A program made the position numbers and the translations under genes. From positions 2,430 to 66,429 of the forward strand of contig CAZFTR010000006.1 in the NCBI GenBank assembly GCA_964522405.1: a stretch of 64,000 nt of DNA, in the 5' to 3' direction. The notes below the pieces were generated by a model, which was not told the DNA's origin, ran no database searches, and worked only from the letters and a program-made list of their open reading frames with translations. Of the stretch, positions 10,744 through 20,348 are shown piece by piece (within the stretch, counting starts at the first letter, position 1; each line of letters starts with the position of its first letter). The DNA is from an uncultured Gammaproteobacteria bacterium. Lineage in GTDB: Bacteria; Patescibacteriota; Patescibacteriia; Magasanikbacterales; UBA922.

Positions 10744-12246
10744 ATGCCTCCAGCTGTTAAAAAACAGACTCAATCAGCCCAAGGTCCTGTTAATCAGGGC
10801 ATTTTGGTTAAAAAGGCAGACGGTAGTACAGTTCGAGTTTCTTTTGATGAATTTAAAAGACTCAGAGAAAACATTTCTAGGAAACAGCCGGCAGAACAGG
10901 TTGTAGAGCCACCGGCTATACCGAAAAAAAGATCTGAAAAAGTAGCAAAAAAAGTAAAAGATTTTGCAGAAAAAGAACAGATATCTTCTATAAAAGGTCA
11001 ACGCATTGCCAGGAAGAGACCTGGTCTTTTGCAAAAAAAGAGAGCAGTAGCTCCGCCGCAACCTGTTCAGAAAAAGATCGAAGATCAGGTTAAAACCAAG
11101 ATGCCTTTGTCTGATCCAAGAATAATTCGTGCTAGAAAGACCAAAACTGTAGTCAGCAAACCAAAAATTTCAGCTCCAAAATTGACAAAAAAAGATTCTC
11201 TACCTCTTTTGCATGAAAAACTTGAAGAGCAGGATCTGATTGAGAGGGATTTATCTGATATTACAACTCATGATCATATTGTTGACGAAGTTGTGCAAGA
11301 GTTTCCCATGTCAATTGCTCCTGAGCTTCAGATGCGCATGAGATCTCTTATTGTTTCTTTTTTAAGAGGAGTTCGAGATAAGCATCAGTTTCATGAATAT
11401 GCTATACAGGCTGCGGGGAGCGGTGGTATTGGTTTGACTGATGAACAAGCTTCTAGGTTGGTACTTGTTATAGAAAAAAATAGAAAAGAGTATGAAAGTG
11501 GAAAAATAGAAAAAACCAAGAGTCAAGCAAAAAAAGCAGTTTTGAGTAGTAGGCTCAAAGCTCGAGGAGTACCAGTTAAACCTGTTAGCGCTTATAAGCC
11601 AGAAACTAAAAAGATTCAAAAACAAAACCCATCAAAAATTCAAAAAGCTCTTGTCAAAGAACCAATAGATGATCTGGCAACCACAACTCCGCTAGTGGAT
11701 AGTTTTATTGATCAGGCAATTGCCAAGAAGCAGGCAGAAAAAGTTAATGTGGTTAAAAAGGAACCAACAATAGAAGAACAAAAGCCTGAAGCTAGAAATA
11801 TCGATTTAGTAGAAGCTGTAAAAAATATACAATCAAGACCGACTACACCGACCATAAAAACCAGTGTTGTCAATCAAAAGAAAACAAATAAGCTGGTACA
11901 TGATGTTAGTCATATAAGAACAGAGCATAAGACTGTCGGTCCTCAGGAAGAAATGTTGAGATATGCCAAAATTGATTTTAATAGATTAGCCAGTGACCCC
12001 GAGCATGCTGCCAGACGTTTGATTGCTAAGTTTAATGGTTGGAAAGAAGAGTCTTTTATGATGTATCTGCAAGCTAGAGCTGCATGGTTTAAAAGTCCTT
12101 TATACAAACAATTTCAAGACTCTGCGTTGAAGGCTATTAATAAACGTTTAACTATAAAAAAAACAGTTGAAGGTTCAAAAGATCTAGGATTGTCTTTGCC
12201 GGAATTTCTAGCTATTCTTGAGGTAAATAAAGCGCTGGCTTTATAA
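10744..12246 (+). CDS. Hypothetical lysine-rich basic protein (T4SS-cluster associated)
   Basis: 500 aa; long K/P/Q-rich basic low-complexity N-terminal two thirds, structured C-terminus. Confidence 0.5.
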   Translation: MPPAVKKQTQSAQGPVNQGILVKKADGSTVRVSFDEFKRLRENISRKQPAEQVVEPPAIPKKRSEKVAKKVKDFAEKEQISSIKGQRIARKRPGLLQKKRAVAPPQPVQKKIEDQVKTKMPLSDPRIIRARKTKTVVSKPKISAPKLTKKDSLPLLHEKLEEQDLIERDLSDITTHDHIVDEVVQEFPMSIAPELQMRMRSLIVSFLRGVRDKHQFHEYAIQAAGSGGIGLTDEQASRLVLVIEKNRKEYESGKIEKTKSQAKKAVLSSRLKARGVPVKPVSAYKPETKKIQKQNPSKIQKALVKEPIDDLATTTPLVDSFIDQAIAKKQAEKVNVVKKEPTIEEQKPEARNIDLVEAVKNIQSRPTTPTIKTSVVNQKKTNKLVHDVSHIRTEHKTVGPQEEMLRYAKIDFNRLASDPEHAARRLIAKFNGWKEESFMMYLQARAAWFKSPLYKQFQDSALKAINKRLTIKKTVEGSKDLGLSLPEFLAILEVNKALAL

Positions 12247-12314
12247 ATGAGAATAAGTTTATATTTTTTTAAGGAAATGTGTTTTTGGTATATTAAGTGT
12301 GATATAATGTAGGT

Positions 12315-12749
12315 ATGCAACAATTTGTTGTTCCACAATTTATCGATGTAGAAGATAAGATTTTTGGTCCTATTACCATACGACAGTTTATTATTTTATT
12401 GTTTGGTGGACTTTTGATTTTTTTGGCCTTTAGATATGGTGATTTATCTTTGTTTATAACTACAGCAGTTATTGTAGGTGGTCTGTCTCTTACATTTGCA
12501 TTTATAAAAGTGAATGGCCAAACTTTTCATTATTTTTTGCTCAATATTACTCAAACAGCCAAAAAACCATCTCTTAGAATTTGGAATAAAAATTATACCA
12601 AAAAAGAATTAGAGTTTTATAGAAAAGAAGCATCTGATTTTGAACCTATTGAACATATTGAAACCAAAGAAGTAAAAAGAGATAGAATTAGAGATTTGGC
12701 TTTACTTGTAAATACAGGAGGTTTTTACCGTCCAGACGAATATAGCTAG
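12315..12749 (+). CDS. PrgI/VirB3-like small membrane protein
   Basis: 144 aa with two adjacent TM helices, located immediately upstream of VirB4, as in Gram-positive-type T4SS; extended -10 (TGTGATATAAT) upstream. Confidence 0.45.
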   Translation: MQQFVVPQFIDVEDKIFGPITIRQFIILLFGGLLIFLAFRYGDLSLFITTAVIVGGLSLTFAFIKVNGQTFHYFLLNITQTAKKPSLRIWNKNYTKKELEFYRKEASDFEPIEHIETKEVKRDRIRDLALLVNTGGFYRPDEYS

Positions 12750-12753
12750 ATAT

Positions 12754-13446
12754 ATGAAGAACAAAAAAAACAAAAAACAAAAAACAAAAAAACCTTCAAC
12801 TCAGGTTCATTTGCCGATTGCAGAGGTAAAAGACGGTACTGTAGTCCTAAAAGACGGAACTTTGCGAGCTGTTTTGCTTGTTTCCAGTATAAATTTTGCT
12901 CTTAAGTCTGAAGATGAACAGAATGCAGTTATATCAGCTTATGTTGGTTTTTTGAATTCTATTGATTTTCCTTTACAGATTGTTGTTCAATCCAGAAAAT
13001 TACAAATACGACCTTATCTTGAACAATTAGATGAGTTGCAGAAAAAACAAAAAGACAATCAGCTTCTAAGAATGCAGATTGCAGATTATCGTTCATTTAT
13101 CAAGGAGTTGGTTGAAATGGGTCAGATCATGACTAAGAGATATTTTGTGGTGGTTCCTTATGATCCACTTTCAAATAGAAAAAAAAGTTTTTGGAATAGA
13201 TTCAAAGAAGTTGTGAAACCGATTATAAGTATTCGTTTAAAAGAGGAGAGATTTCAAGAGAGAAGAGAGGAGCTAGATTTGAGATTAAGACATGTTAAAA
13301 ATGGTTTATCAAGTATTGGTCTCCGAGTAGAGCAGTTGGATACTCAAACATTGATTGAATTATTTTATGCAACTTACAATCCCGATGTAGGGTTTTCAGA
13401 AACATTGGGAGATGTTGAAGATATAAATATTGAGCGCATGCTCTAA
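12754..13446 (+). CDS. virB4: VirB4/TrbE N-terminal domain (separated from ATPase domain by a single in-frame TAA)
   Basis: 230 aa; motif AEVKDGTVVLKDGTLRAVLLVSSINFALKSEDEQ typical of the VirB4 N-terminal domain; same reading frame as the downstream ORF. Confidence 0.55.
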   Translation: MKNKKNKKQKTKKPSTQVHLPIAEVKDGTVVLKDGTLRAVLLVSSINFALKSEDEQNAVISAYVGFLNSIDFPLQIVVQSRKLQIRPYLEQLDELQKKQKDNQLLRMQIADYRSFIKELVEMGQIMTKRYFVVVPYDPLSNRKKSFWNRFKEVVKPIISIRLKEERFQERREELDLRLRHVKNGLSSIGLRVEQLDTQTLIELFYATYNPDVGFSETLGDVEDINIERML

Positions 13447-13455
13447 AGAATAATT

Positions 13456-15336
13456 ATGGCATTTAAACCTGTAAGTTTTGGACAAGAAGCACCTGAAAAA
13501 AGGCCGTCATTTTTGCGTAAGAAAAAAAGCGAAAAAGAGGTTGAAGAAACTCTGGTAAGTTTGGAAGAAGAGCGATTGTACAGAGAGGGGACAGTGGCTA
13601 TTCGTGATTTGATTGCTCCTTCTGCTTTCAAGGTTGAATCTACTTTTATCCAGCTTGGAAATACATTTTTGCGCACTATTTTTGTAGTAACCTATCCGAG
13701 ATATATTGCAGTTGGTTGGAATACTCCTATTTTGAATTTGAATATTACCATGGATATCAGCATGTTTTTTTATCCTGTGAAATCTACTATTATCCTCAAA
13801 CAACTCAAGAAAAAAGTTGGAGCTATAGAAGCACAGATTTCTGCAGATGCAGAAAAAGGTGCTCCTCGAGATCCGATTCGTGAAACAGCTCTGAGAGATA
13901 TTGAACAGCTTAGAGATGATCTTACTCAGGGAGTTGAACATTTTTTCCAGTACGCTTTTTATGTGACCATTTATTCACAGGACAAAGATGAACTAGACAA
14001 GACTACCGAGGACATTGAAAATATTTTTGGTTCAAAATTAATTTATACCAAAAATGTGCTTTTTCAAGCTGAACAAGGTTTTACTTCTACACTTCCACTC
14101 GGCATAGATGAGTTAAGCATTGCTTTTAACATGAATTCTTCTCCGATAGCAGCTTCATTTCCTTTTGTTTCGTCTGAGTTGACTAGTGATAATGGAATTT
14201 TATATGGTATCAATCGACATAATAATAGTTTAATTTTGTTTGACAGATTTAGTTTGCAAAATGGAAATATGGTAGTTTTTGCTACTGCCGGTGCTGGTAA
14301 ATCTTATGCGATTAAGCTCGAAGTGCTTAGAAGTTTGATGTTTGGAACAGATATCATTGTCATAGACCCGGAGATGGAATACTTGCATCTTGCAGAAGCT
14401 GTTGGTGGTACTTATATAAATATTTCTCTAGGTTCAGATAGCAAGGTGAATCCTTTTGATTTGCCGACCAAGCCGATCGGTGGTGAATCTGCCGAAGATG
14501 TTATCCGAAAAGCTATTAGTACAGTCAAGGGTTTGCTCAAAATTATGTTTTCCGGTTTTACTCCTCAGGAAGATTCTATTTTGGATACAGCACTGAAGGA
14601 AACTTATGCCAAAAAAGACATTACACCATCATCAGATTTTTCAAATGCAGAACCTCCAATTATGCAGGATTTATTGGATATTTTGGAGGGTATGGAAGGT
14701 GCTGAAACCATGGTCCTCAAATTACAAAAATACACAGAAGGTACCTTTTCAGGATTATTTAATTCTCCCACCAATGTTGATATGAACAATCAGCTGGTAG
14801 TTTTCAGTGTGCGTGACTTAGAAGATGAGCTTAGGCCATTGGCAATCTATACTTTGATAAATTATATTTGGGCTTTGGTTCGGTCAGAACTAAAGAAAAG
14901 AATACTGGTAATCGATGAGGCTTGGTGGTTGATGAGACATGAAGATAGTGCCAAATTTATTCATGCCTTGGTCAAACGTTGTCGAAAATACTACCTGGGT
15001 GTTACTACTATTACCCAGGACGTTAATGATTTCTTATTATCACCTTATGGACAAGCAATTATTACCAATTCAGCTGCTCAGCTTTTGATGCGTCAATCTC
15101 CAGCATCAGTTGATTTGGTCAAAAAAGTATTTATGTTGACAGAAGGAGAGAAATATCTTTTACTTGAAGGGGTAGAAGGTGAAGGAATCTTTTTTGCTGG
15201 GAACAAACATGCAGCCATAAAAGTAGTTGCTTCTTATACAGAACATCAACTAATCACATCTGACCCTAAACAGCTTTTAGAGATAGAGCGTTCAAAAGCA
15301 GAATTTAATAAGCAATTCAAAGATCAACAAATTTAA
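13456..15336 (+). CDS. virB4: VirB4/TrbE/CagE-family type IV secretion ATPase (C-terminal ATPase portion)
   Basis: 626 aa; Walker A VVFATAGAGKSYAIK, Walker B LVIDEAWW, conserved VirB4 C-terminal motifs. Confidence 0.8.
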   Translation: MAFKPVSFGQEAPEKRPSFLRKKKSEKEVEETLVSLEEERLYREGTVAIRDLIAPSAFKVESTFIQLGNTFLRTIFVVTYPRYIAVGWNTPILNLNITMDISMFFYPVKSTIILKQLKKKVGAIEAQISADAEKGAPRDPIRETALRDIEQLRDDLTQGVEHFFQYAFYVTIYSQDKDELDKTTEDIENIFGSKLIYTKNVLFQAEQGFTSTLPLGIDELSIAFNMNSSPIAASFPFVSSELTSDNGILYGINRHNNSLILFDRFSLQNGNMVVFATAGAGKSYAIKLEVLRSLMFGTDIIVIDPEMEYLHLAEAVGGTYINISLGSDSKVNPFDLPTKPIGGESAEDVIRKAISTVKGLLKIMFSGFTPQEDSILDTALKETYAKKDITPSSDFSNAEPPIMQDLLDILEGMEGAETMVLKLQKYTEGTFSGLFNSPTNVDMNNQLVVFSVRDLEDELRPLAIYTLINYIWALVRSELKKRILVIDEAWWLMRHEDSAKFIHALVKRCRKYYLGVTTITQDVNDFLLSPYGQAIITNSAAQLLMRQSPASVDLVKKVFMLTEGEKYLLLEGVEGEGIFFAGNKHAAIKVVASYTEHQLITSDPKQLLEIERSKAEFNKQFKDQQI

Positions 15337-15346
15337 TTAGAAAAAT

Positions 15347-15940
15347 ATGTTAACCCTCAGACAAAGAGTTTTTGTGGCAATCAGTATTATTATGGCAGTT
15401 GTTCTTGCTATTGTTTTATTATTTCTTTATAGGAAATCACAAGTACCGACTGAAATAGAATATGATGGTGGAGATCAGCCACTTCAGGCAAGTGAAGAAG
15501 TTGTTAGTGAGACTGAGTTTGAAGTGAGCGGGGGTATATCTGTAATATCTCCAAAACAAGCTATTGAACCGGGCGCGCTTTATGCTCAAAATTTAGCGCG
15601 GGTATTTGTTGAGAGATTTGCAACTTATTCCAATCAAAATAAAAATCAACATATAGAAGATGTAAAGCCCTTAGCAACTGACAGAATGATTAGCTGGATT
15701 GATACACAGAAAATTGAGCAGAATACTAAATATAGCGGTGTTACTACTGATGTTATGAGTATTGAAATACAAGAGCAATCAGAAGAGAAAACAATTGTAA
15801 AAATAAATGCTCAGCAGGTTGTCCGTTCTCAAGTTGATGGACAAGTTGGTCTGTCAGAAGAAATTATTCAGAAAAAAGCCAGAGTTGAACTTATAAAACA
15901 AGCTGGAGAGTGGAAAGTAGATGGATTTTTTTGGGAATAG
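15347..15940 (+). CDS. Membrane-anchored hypothetical protein (single N-terminal TM; possible VirB8-like role)
   Basis: 197 aa, N-terminal TM then soluble domain; position after VirB4. Confidence 0.35.
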   Translation: MLTLRQRVFVAISIIMAVVLAIVLLFLYRKSQVPTEIEYDGGDQPLQASEEVVSETEFEVSGGISVISPKQAIEPGALYAQNLARVFVERFATYSNQNKNQHIEDVKPLATDRMISWIDTQKIEQNTKYSGVTTDVMSIEIQEQSEEKTIVKINAQQVVRSQVDGQVGLSEEIIQKKARVELIKQAGEWKVDGFFWE

Positions 15941-15974
15941 ATTTTTTGGTCATAGTATATTTTAGGAGGGACTT

Positions 15975-16700
15975 ATGAATTTAAAAAAATATTTTAAAAC
16001 ATTTTTGTATTTATCAAAAGAGGCTTTGTTTCCTCTTTTTTGTATCTCTTGTTCAGCTGAGGGTGATATTTTATGCCAGACTTGCTACATAGCCCTTGAG
16101 ACATATGCTGTTTTTGCCTGTCCTGTTTGTGGTCTCAATAATAATACAGGAGAGGTTTGTAAAAAGTGCTTGTCAGATTCATTTCTACAAAAACATCTTG
16201 CTCTTGGTAGATTTTCAGAAGATTCAATAATACAAAAATTATTGTATGAATATAAGTATAATTATGTCTTGGATATTTTGAAAATTTTTGAGAAATTAAT
16301 TGATAATTTTATTGATAGATATAAGAGTTTTTTTCTTGAAATTGATTTTATTGTTTCAGTTCCACTTCATAGGAGGCGTTTTGCAGAAAGGGGATTTAAT
16401 CAAGCAGATGACCTTGCTTTGGTTTTAGCTTCTAAGATTGATCGGCCTGTCTTGGATTCAGTCTTAAAGAGGATTGTAAATACTTCTCAACAAGCCAAAT
16501 TAACCAAGACCGAAAGACAGAAAAATATAGATAGCGCTTTTGTTATAAACCAAAAAAATTCTCTAAATTTAGCCAATAAATCATTATTGTTAGTTGATGA
16601 TGTTTTAACCACTGGCTCAACTATGCAAGCTTGTGCCAGGCAGTTCAAGGATAATTTCAAGGCAGTTAAGATACGGGCATTTACCTTGGCTAGAGGTTGA
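15975..16700 (+). CDS. comFC: ComF family protein (ComFC-like phosphoribosyltransferase)
   Basis: 241 aa; N-terminal CxxC...CxxC zinc finger and C-terminal PRTase motif LLLVDDVLTTGSTM. Confidence 0.7.
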   Translation: MNLKKYFKTFLYLSKEALFPLFCISCSAEGDILCQTCYIALETYAVFACPVCGLNNNTGEVCKKCLSDSFLQKHLALGRFSEDSIIQKLLYEYKYNYVLDILKIFEKLIDNFIDRYKSFFLEIDFIVSVPLHRRRFAERGFNQADDLALVLASKIDRPVLDSVLKRIVNTSQQAKLTKTERQKNIDSAFVINQKNSLNLANKSLLLVDDVLTTGSTMQACARQFKDNFKAVKIRAFTLARG

Positions 16701-16753
16701 CTTTTTTGCCATTTTCATTTACAATGTATTAACCAATATCCAGATACCACTAT

Positions 16754-16840
16754 GGAGAGATGCCTGAGTGGTTGAAAGGGGCACCCTGCTAAGGTGTTGT
16801 ATCCTAACGGGTACCGAGGGTTCGAATCCCTCTCTCTCCG
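16754..16840 (+). tRNA. tRNA-Ser (anticodon GCU)
   Basis: Acceptor GGAGAGA/TCTCTCC, anticodon loop CTGCTAA, long variable arm, T-loop TTCGAAT. Confidence 0.8.
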
Positions 16841-16896
16841 CCGGGCTTTGCCCAGATGTTTTGCACATTGAATAGTTGAATTTTTGTTAAAATGGT

Positions 16897-16986
16897 GGAG
16901 GGATGGCAGAGCGGTTGAATGCGACGGTCTTGAAAACCGTTGTCCGTGAAAGCGGACCAAGAGTTCGAATCTCTTTCCCTCCGCCA
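16897..16986 (+). tRNA. tRNA-Ser (anticodon UGA), CCA encoded
   Basis: Acceptor GGAGGGA/TCCCTCC, anticodon loop CTTGAAA, long variable arm, T-loop TTCGAAT, 3' GCCA. Confidence 0.8.
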
Positions 16987-17066
16987 TTTTAATAAATATA
17001 AAAAGCCACACAGTTTGCGGCTTTTTTTATTTATGCTATATTATTATATATTTATATAATTAAAAT

Positions 17067-17756
17067 ATGCATCAAGCAAATCCTGGTAAAAAACTAGAAA
17101 TTGAAGTCAGTGGCAGGAAATATCAGAGAATTCCTGTAAAAACTCATGTTATTGTAGACTCAGATAATATTGAAGATTTAGTACAAAAATATCTTAAAAA
17201 TTATTTAAAAGAGAATGACCTGGTTTTTATGAGTGAAAGAGTTGTAGCTATTACCCAAGGTCGGGCTATACCTATAAAAGATATCAGGCCCAGCTTTTTT
17301 GCAAAATTTTTAACAAAGTTTGTTCATAAATCTCCATATGGAATTGGTTTGGGAATTCCAGAGACTATGCAGCTAGCAATTGAAGAGGTGGGATTGATTA
17401 GAATATTATTTGCTGCTTTTGTAGCCGCAGCTACTAAGCCTTTTGGTCTAAAGGGTATGTTTTATAGAATAGCAGGAAGACAAGCTGCTGCAATTGATGG
17501 TCCGTGTTCATATACTTTGCCTCCTTATAACCAATACGCAACTCTTGCTCCGGCAAATCCTAACCAAGTTGCAAAAGAATTAAAATCAAAATTTAATCAT
17601 GACTTTGTGGTAATAGATGCCAATGATCTGGGTGTAGATGTTCTTGGAATCTCAGATAAAAATATTGGGATGGAGTTTGCTGAAAAAGTTTTTCAGGATA
17701 ATCCTCTTGGTCAGTCAAACGAACAAACTCCATTTTGTATTGTTCGTGAAATTTAA
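17067..17756 (+). CDS. F420-0:gamma-glutamyl ligase-like (CofE family) protein
   Basis: 229 aa; segment LVFMSERVVAITQGRAIPIKDI resembles the CofE/FbiB ligase motif; assignment tentative. Confidence 0.4.
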   Translation: MHQANPGKKLEIEVSGRKYQRIPVKTHVIVDSDNIEDLVQKYLKNYLKENDLVFMSERVVAITQGRAIPIKDIRPSFFAKFLTKFVHKSPYGIGLGIPETMQLAIEEVGLIRILFAAFVAAATKPFGLKGMFYRIAGRQAAAIDGPCSYTLPPYNQYATLAPANPNQVAKELKSKFNHDFVVIDANDLGVDVLGISDKNIGMEFAEKVFQDNPLGQSNEQTPFCIVREI

Positions 17757-17822
17757 GATTATCTATTATTATCTTAATCCACACATTTACGAATTTGGCT
17801 AAATTTGCTATAATTTTATCAT

Positions 17823-18287
17823 ATGAAACCTAATATACAGCCTGATAATAGTGATGCTTTTGCAATGTTTTTTAAGACTATTGCTCCTGGTGGCAAAGCG
17901 TCAATGTCAGCTTTTCCCACAAAAGCGCCTGAATCTTGGGATATATCCCAAGAAGAGGGGAAATTGGCAGTAGATATTGCCCAAACAGATGACAAAATTA
18001 TGGTAGTGTCCACTATGGCCGGTTCACTTGTAGACAGCATAGAAGTTTATGTCCAAAACGATGTTCTTACTATCAGAGGTGAGCGAGTTTCTCCAGTAGA
18101 GCTTAGTGAAGAAATAAATTATATCCACGAAGAGTGCTTTTGGGGGAAATTTTCTCGTACTATTGTTTTGCCTTCAGAAGTAAAAGGTGAATTGGCAAGT
18201 GCAGAATTCAAAAGCGGAATATTAAAGATAGAAATACCGAAAAGAAAAACTGATAATAAGATTCCAGTTATTGTAGTAGAAGAGTAA
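17823..18287 (+). CDS. Hsp20/alpha-crystallin family small heat shock protein
   Basis: 154 aa; alpha-crystallin domain with C-terminal ...GILKIEIPKR motif. Confidence 0.75.
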   Translation: MKPNIQPDNSDAFAMFFKTIAPGGKASMSAFPTKAPESWDISQEEGKLAVDIAQTDDKIMVVSTMAGSLVDSIEVYVQNDVLTIRGERVSPVELSEEINYIHEECFWGKFSRTIVLPSEVKGELASAEFKSGILKIEIPKRKTDNKIPVIVVEE

Positions 18288-18296
18288 AAATGATTT

Positions 18297-20294
18297 ATGA
18301 AGTTTGACCTAAAGTCTTTTTTAGATAAAAAAAAGAATATCAAGATTTCATGGAGAAGGATAGGAATAGCCCTTGCTTTTTTTGTTGTCTTGATTTCGGT
18401 TTTACTTTTTGGATTAATTTCTTATGCTCAGGGTTATAAAGATCGCGTTTCCCCTGGTGTGCATGTCGGATCTATTTCCATAGGTGGAATGGATCGTGCA
18501 GAACTGAATAGATTTTTGGAAACCATGAAAGACAAACTCTTCAAAGATGGAATACATATTTCTTATTCAGTTCTTGATCAGGAAAAATCATTTGTTATTG
18601 ATCCTTTAGATCAGGAGAATCTTTTGAATGCAGAGTTGGACACAGAGCTAGCTGCTGATCAGATTATCAATTATGGGAAACATGGAAGTACCTTGGTCAG
18701 GTCAATTTCAACAGTTTTTTCGAGAGTTAGACAGCCAGAGATCAATTTAAGTTCTGTTTCTTTGAACAGGAGTAGGCTATTGGAATTAATTGATCAAGGT
18801 ATAAATGGTCATGAAGTCAAAGCCAAAAATGCTGAGTTGATTATTGATTCTGTCGAACCTCTCAAATATACAATTACTGATTCTCATCCTGGAATAGCAT
18901 TTGAATACAGTGATGCAGCTGGACAGGTTTTATCTTCTTGGTCAAAATTGTCTGTGCCTGATATTAAAGTTGCTACCAATATTGATCAGCCTCTAATTGC
19001 CACCAAAGATCTTGACAGTATTGAAGAAAAATTAGAAATGATATTTGAGGTAGGTCCGCATTTTATACATTACCAATATCCCGATAGTAAAAAAGAGCAA
19101 GTTTGGAAAATTTCTAAGCAGAAAATCGCAGAATTCCTTGTGCCTCAAATAAGTGTTAATAATTTGGTAATACTTGGACTTGCTCCTTCTTCAACTATAG
19201 AATTTATAGAGTATGAAATAGCTGATTTAGTTGAAACTGAGTCTCGCGATGCAATTTTTGAGTTGAATTCTGAAGGTAAAAAAGTTGTTGATTTCCAAAG
19301 TTCTTTATATGGTGTTGGCATTGACAGAGAACAGACTTATGCTGATATAAATTCAGCAATTTGGTCCAGATTTTTAACTGAAATGGAGATTTCTACCAGC
19401 ACAGATCTTACTGTTCAGGTTGTTGATCCGGATTTGAAACTTGAAGATGCTAATGATCTCGGAATAAAAGAAAAGTTGGGGAGTGGCTTTTCAAATTTTT
19501 CAGGAAGTCCTAGAAATCGTATTTTAAATATTAAAAATGCTGTTTATAATAAACTTCATGGAACTCTTGTTCCTCCTGAAGAAGAATTTTCATTAGTAAA
19601 TTCTCTCAGACCTTTTACTCTAGAGGCAGGGTATTTGCCAGAGTTGGTTATAGTCGGAGATAGAATCAAGCCGGAAGTTGCCGGAGGTTTATGTCAAGTT
19701 GGTACAACAATTTTTAGAGCAACTATGAATTCTGGAATGCCAATTACTCAGAGAGTTAACCATGGTCTAGTTGTTGGCTATTATAACGATCCTTCAAATG
19801 GAAATCCGGGTACAGATGCCACTATTTATGATGGCTGGCCGGATTTTAGATTTAAAAATGATACAGGTTCTCATATTCTCATAACTGTTTCTATGAATGT
19901 AAGCACTGGACATCTCGAATTTGCTATGTGGGGCACAAGTGATGGTAGAAAAGGGAGTTATACCCCACCAAAAGTATCCAAATGGATCCCAGTAGGTGAG
20001 TACAAAGAAATTATAACAGATGACCTTGAGCCTGGAGAAAAAGAATGTCAGAGCGCGCATCCGGGAGCAGTTGCTTCATTTACCTATATTCGGGAATTGG
20101 CAAATGGAGAAAAAGAAGAAAGAGTATTTAATAGTAGATATAGAGCAGTTCCAAAAACTTGTTATATTGGCCGAGAAGAAGAAAAAGAATGTCAAGAAGA
20201 TGATGAAGAATGTGTAGTTGATGAAATTGCCGAAGAAGAGGATGAAAATAACGAAAATTCAGATTCTCCTCTAAACCCAGAACAAATAGGTTAA
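18297..20294 (+). CDS. VanW-domain protein with N-terminal TM and acidic C-terminal tail
   Basis: 665 aa; VanW signature GGLCQVGTTIFRATMNSGMPITQRVNHG; terminal ECQEDDEECVVDEIAEEEDENNENSD. Confidence 0.7.
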   Translation: MKFDLKSFLDKKKNIKISWRRIGIALAFFVVLISVLLFGLISYAQGYKDRVSPGVHVGSISIGGMDRAELNRFLETMKDKLFKDGIHISYSVLDQEKSFVIDPLDQENLLNAELDTELAADQIINYGKHGSTLVRSISTVFSRVRQPEINLSSVSLNRSRLLELIDQGINGHEVKAKNAELIIDSVEPLKYTITDSHPGIAFEYSDAAGQVLSSWSKLSVPDIKVATNIDQPLIATKDLDSIEEKLEMIFEVGPHFIHYQYPDSKKEQVWKISKQKIAEFLVPQISVNNLVILGLAPSSTIEFIEYEIADLVETESRDAIFELNSEGKKVVDFQSSLYGVGIDREQTYADINSAIWSRFLTEMEISTSTDLTVQVVDPDLKLEDANDLGIKEKLGSGFSNFSGSPRNRILNIKNAVYNKLHGTLVPPEEEFSLVNSLRPFTLEAGYLPELVIVGDRIKPEVAGGLCQVGTTIFRATMNSGMPITQRVNHGLVVGYYNDPSNGNPGTDATIYDGWPDFRFKNDTGSHILITVSMNVSTGHLEFAMWGTSDGRKGSYTPPKVSKWIPVGEYKEIITDDLEPGEKECQSAHPGAVASFTYIRELANGEKEERVFNSRYRAVPKTCYIGREEEKECQEDDEECVVDEIAEEEDENNENSDSPLNPEQIG

Positions 20295-20321
20295 TAATCT
20301 TCTATAATTAAAATAGCCTAG

Positions 20322-20348
20322 CAACTTTATGATGCTAGGCTATTTTTG
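20322..20348 (+). terminator. Intrinsic terminator after vanW-like gene
   Basis: Hairpin agcctagca...tgctaggct followed by ATTTTT. Confidence 0.5.

Noticed and set aside
12114-12338. Short minus-strand ORFs in the T4SS region and elsewhere (e.g. 9568-9756, 10774-11061, 11362-11625, 13507-13941)
   Set aside because: They lie within longer plus-strand genes, and their AT-rich antisense frames give low-complexity products.
16715-17011. 98-aa minus-strand ORF
   Set aside because: It lies entirely across two well-formed tRNA-Ser genes, so it is a spurious ORF.
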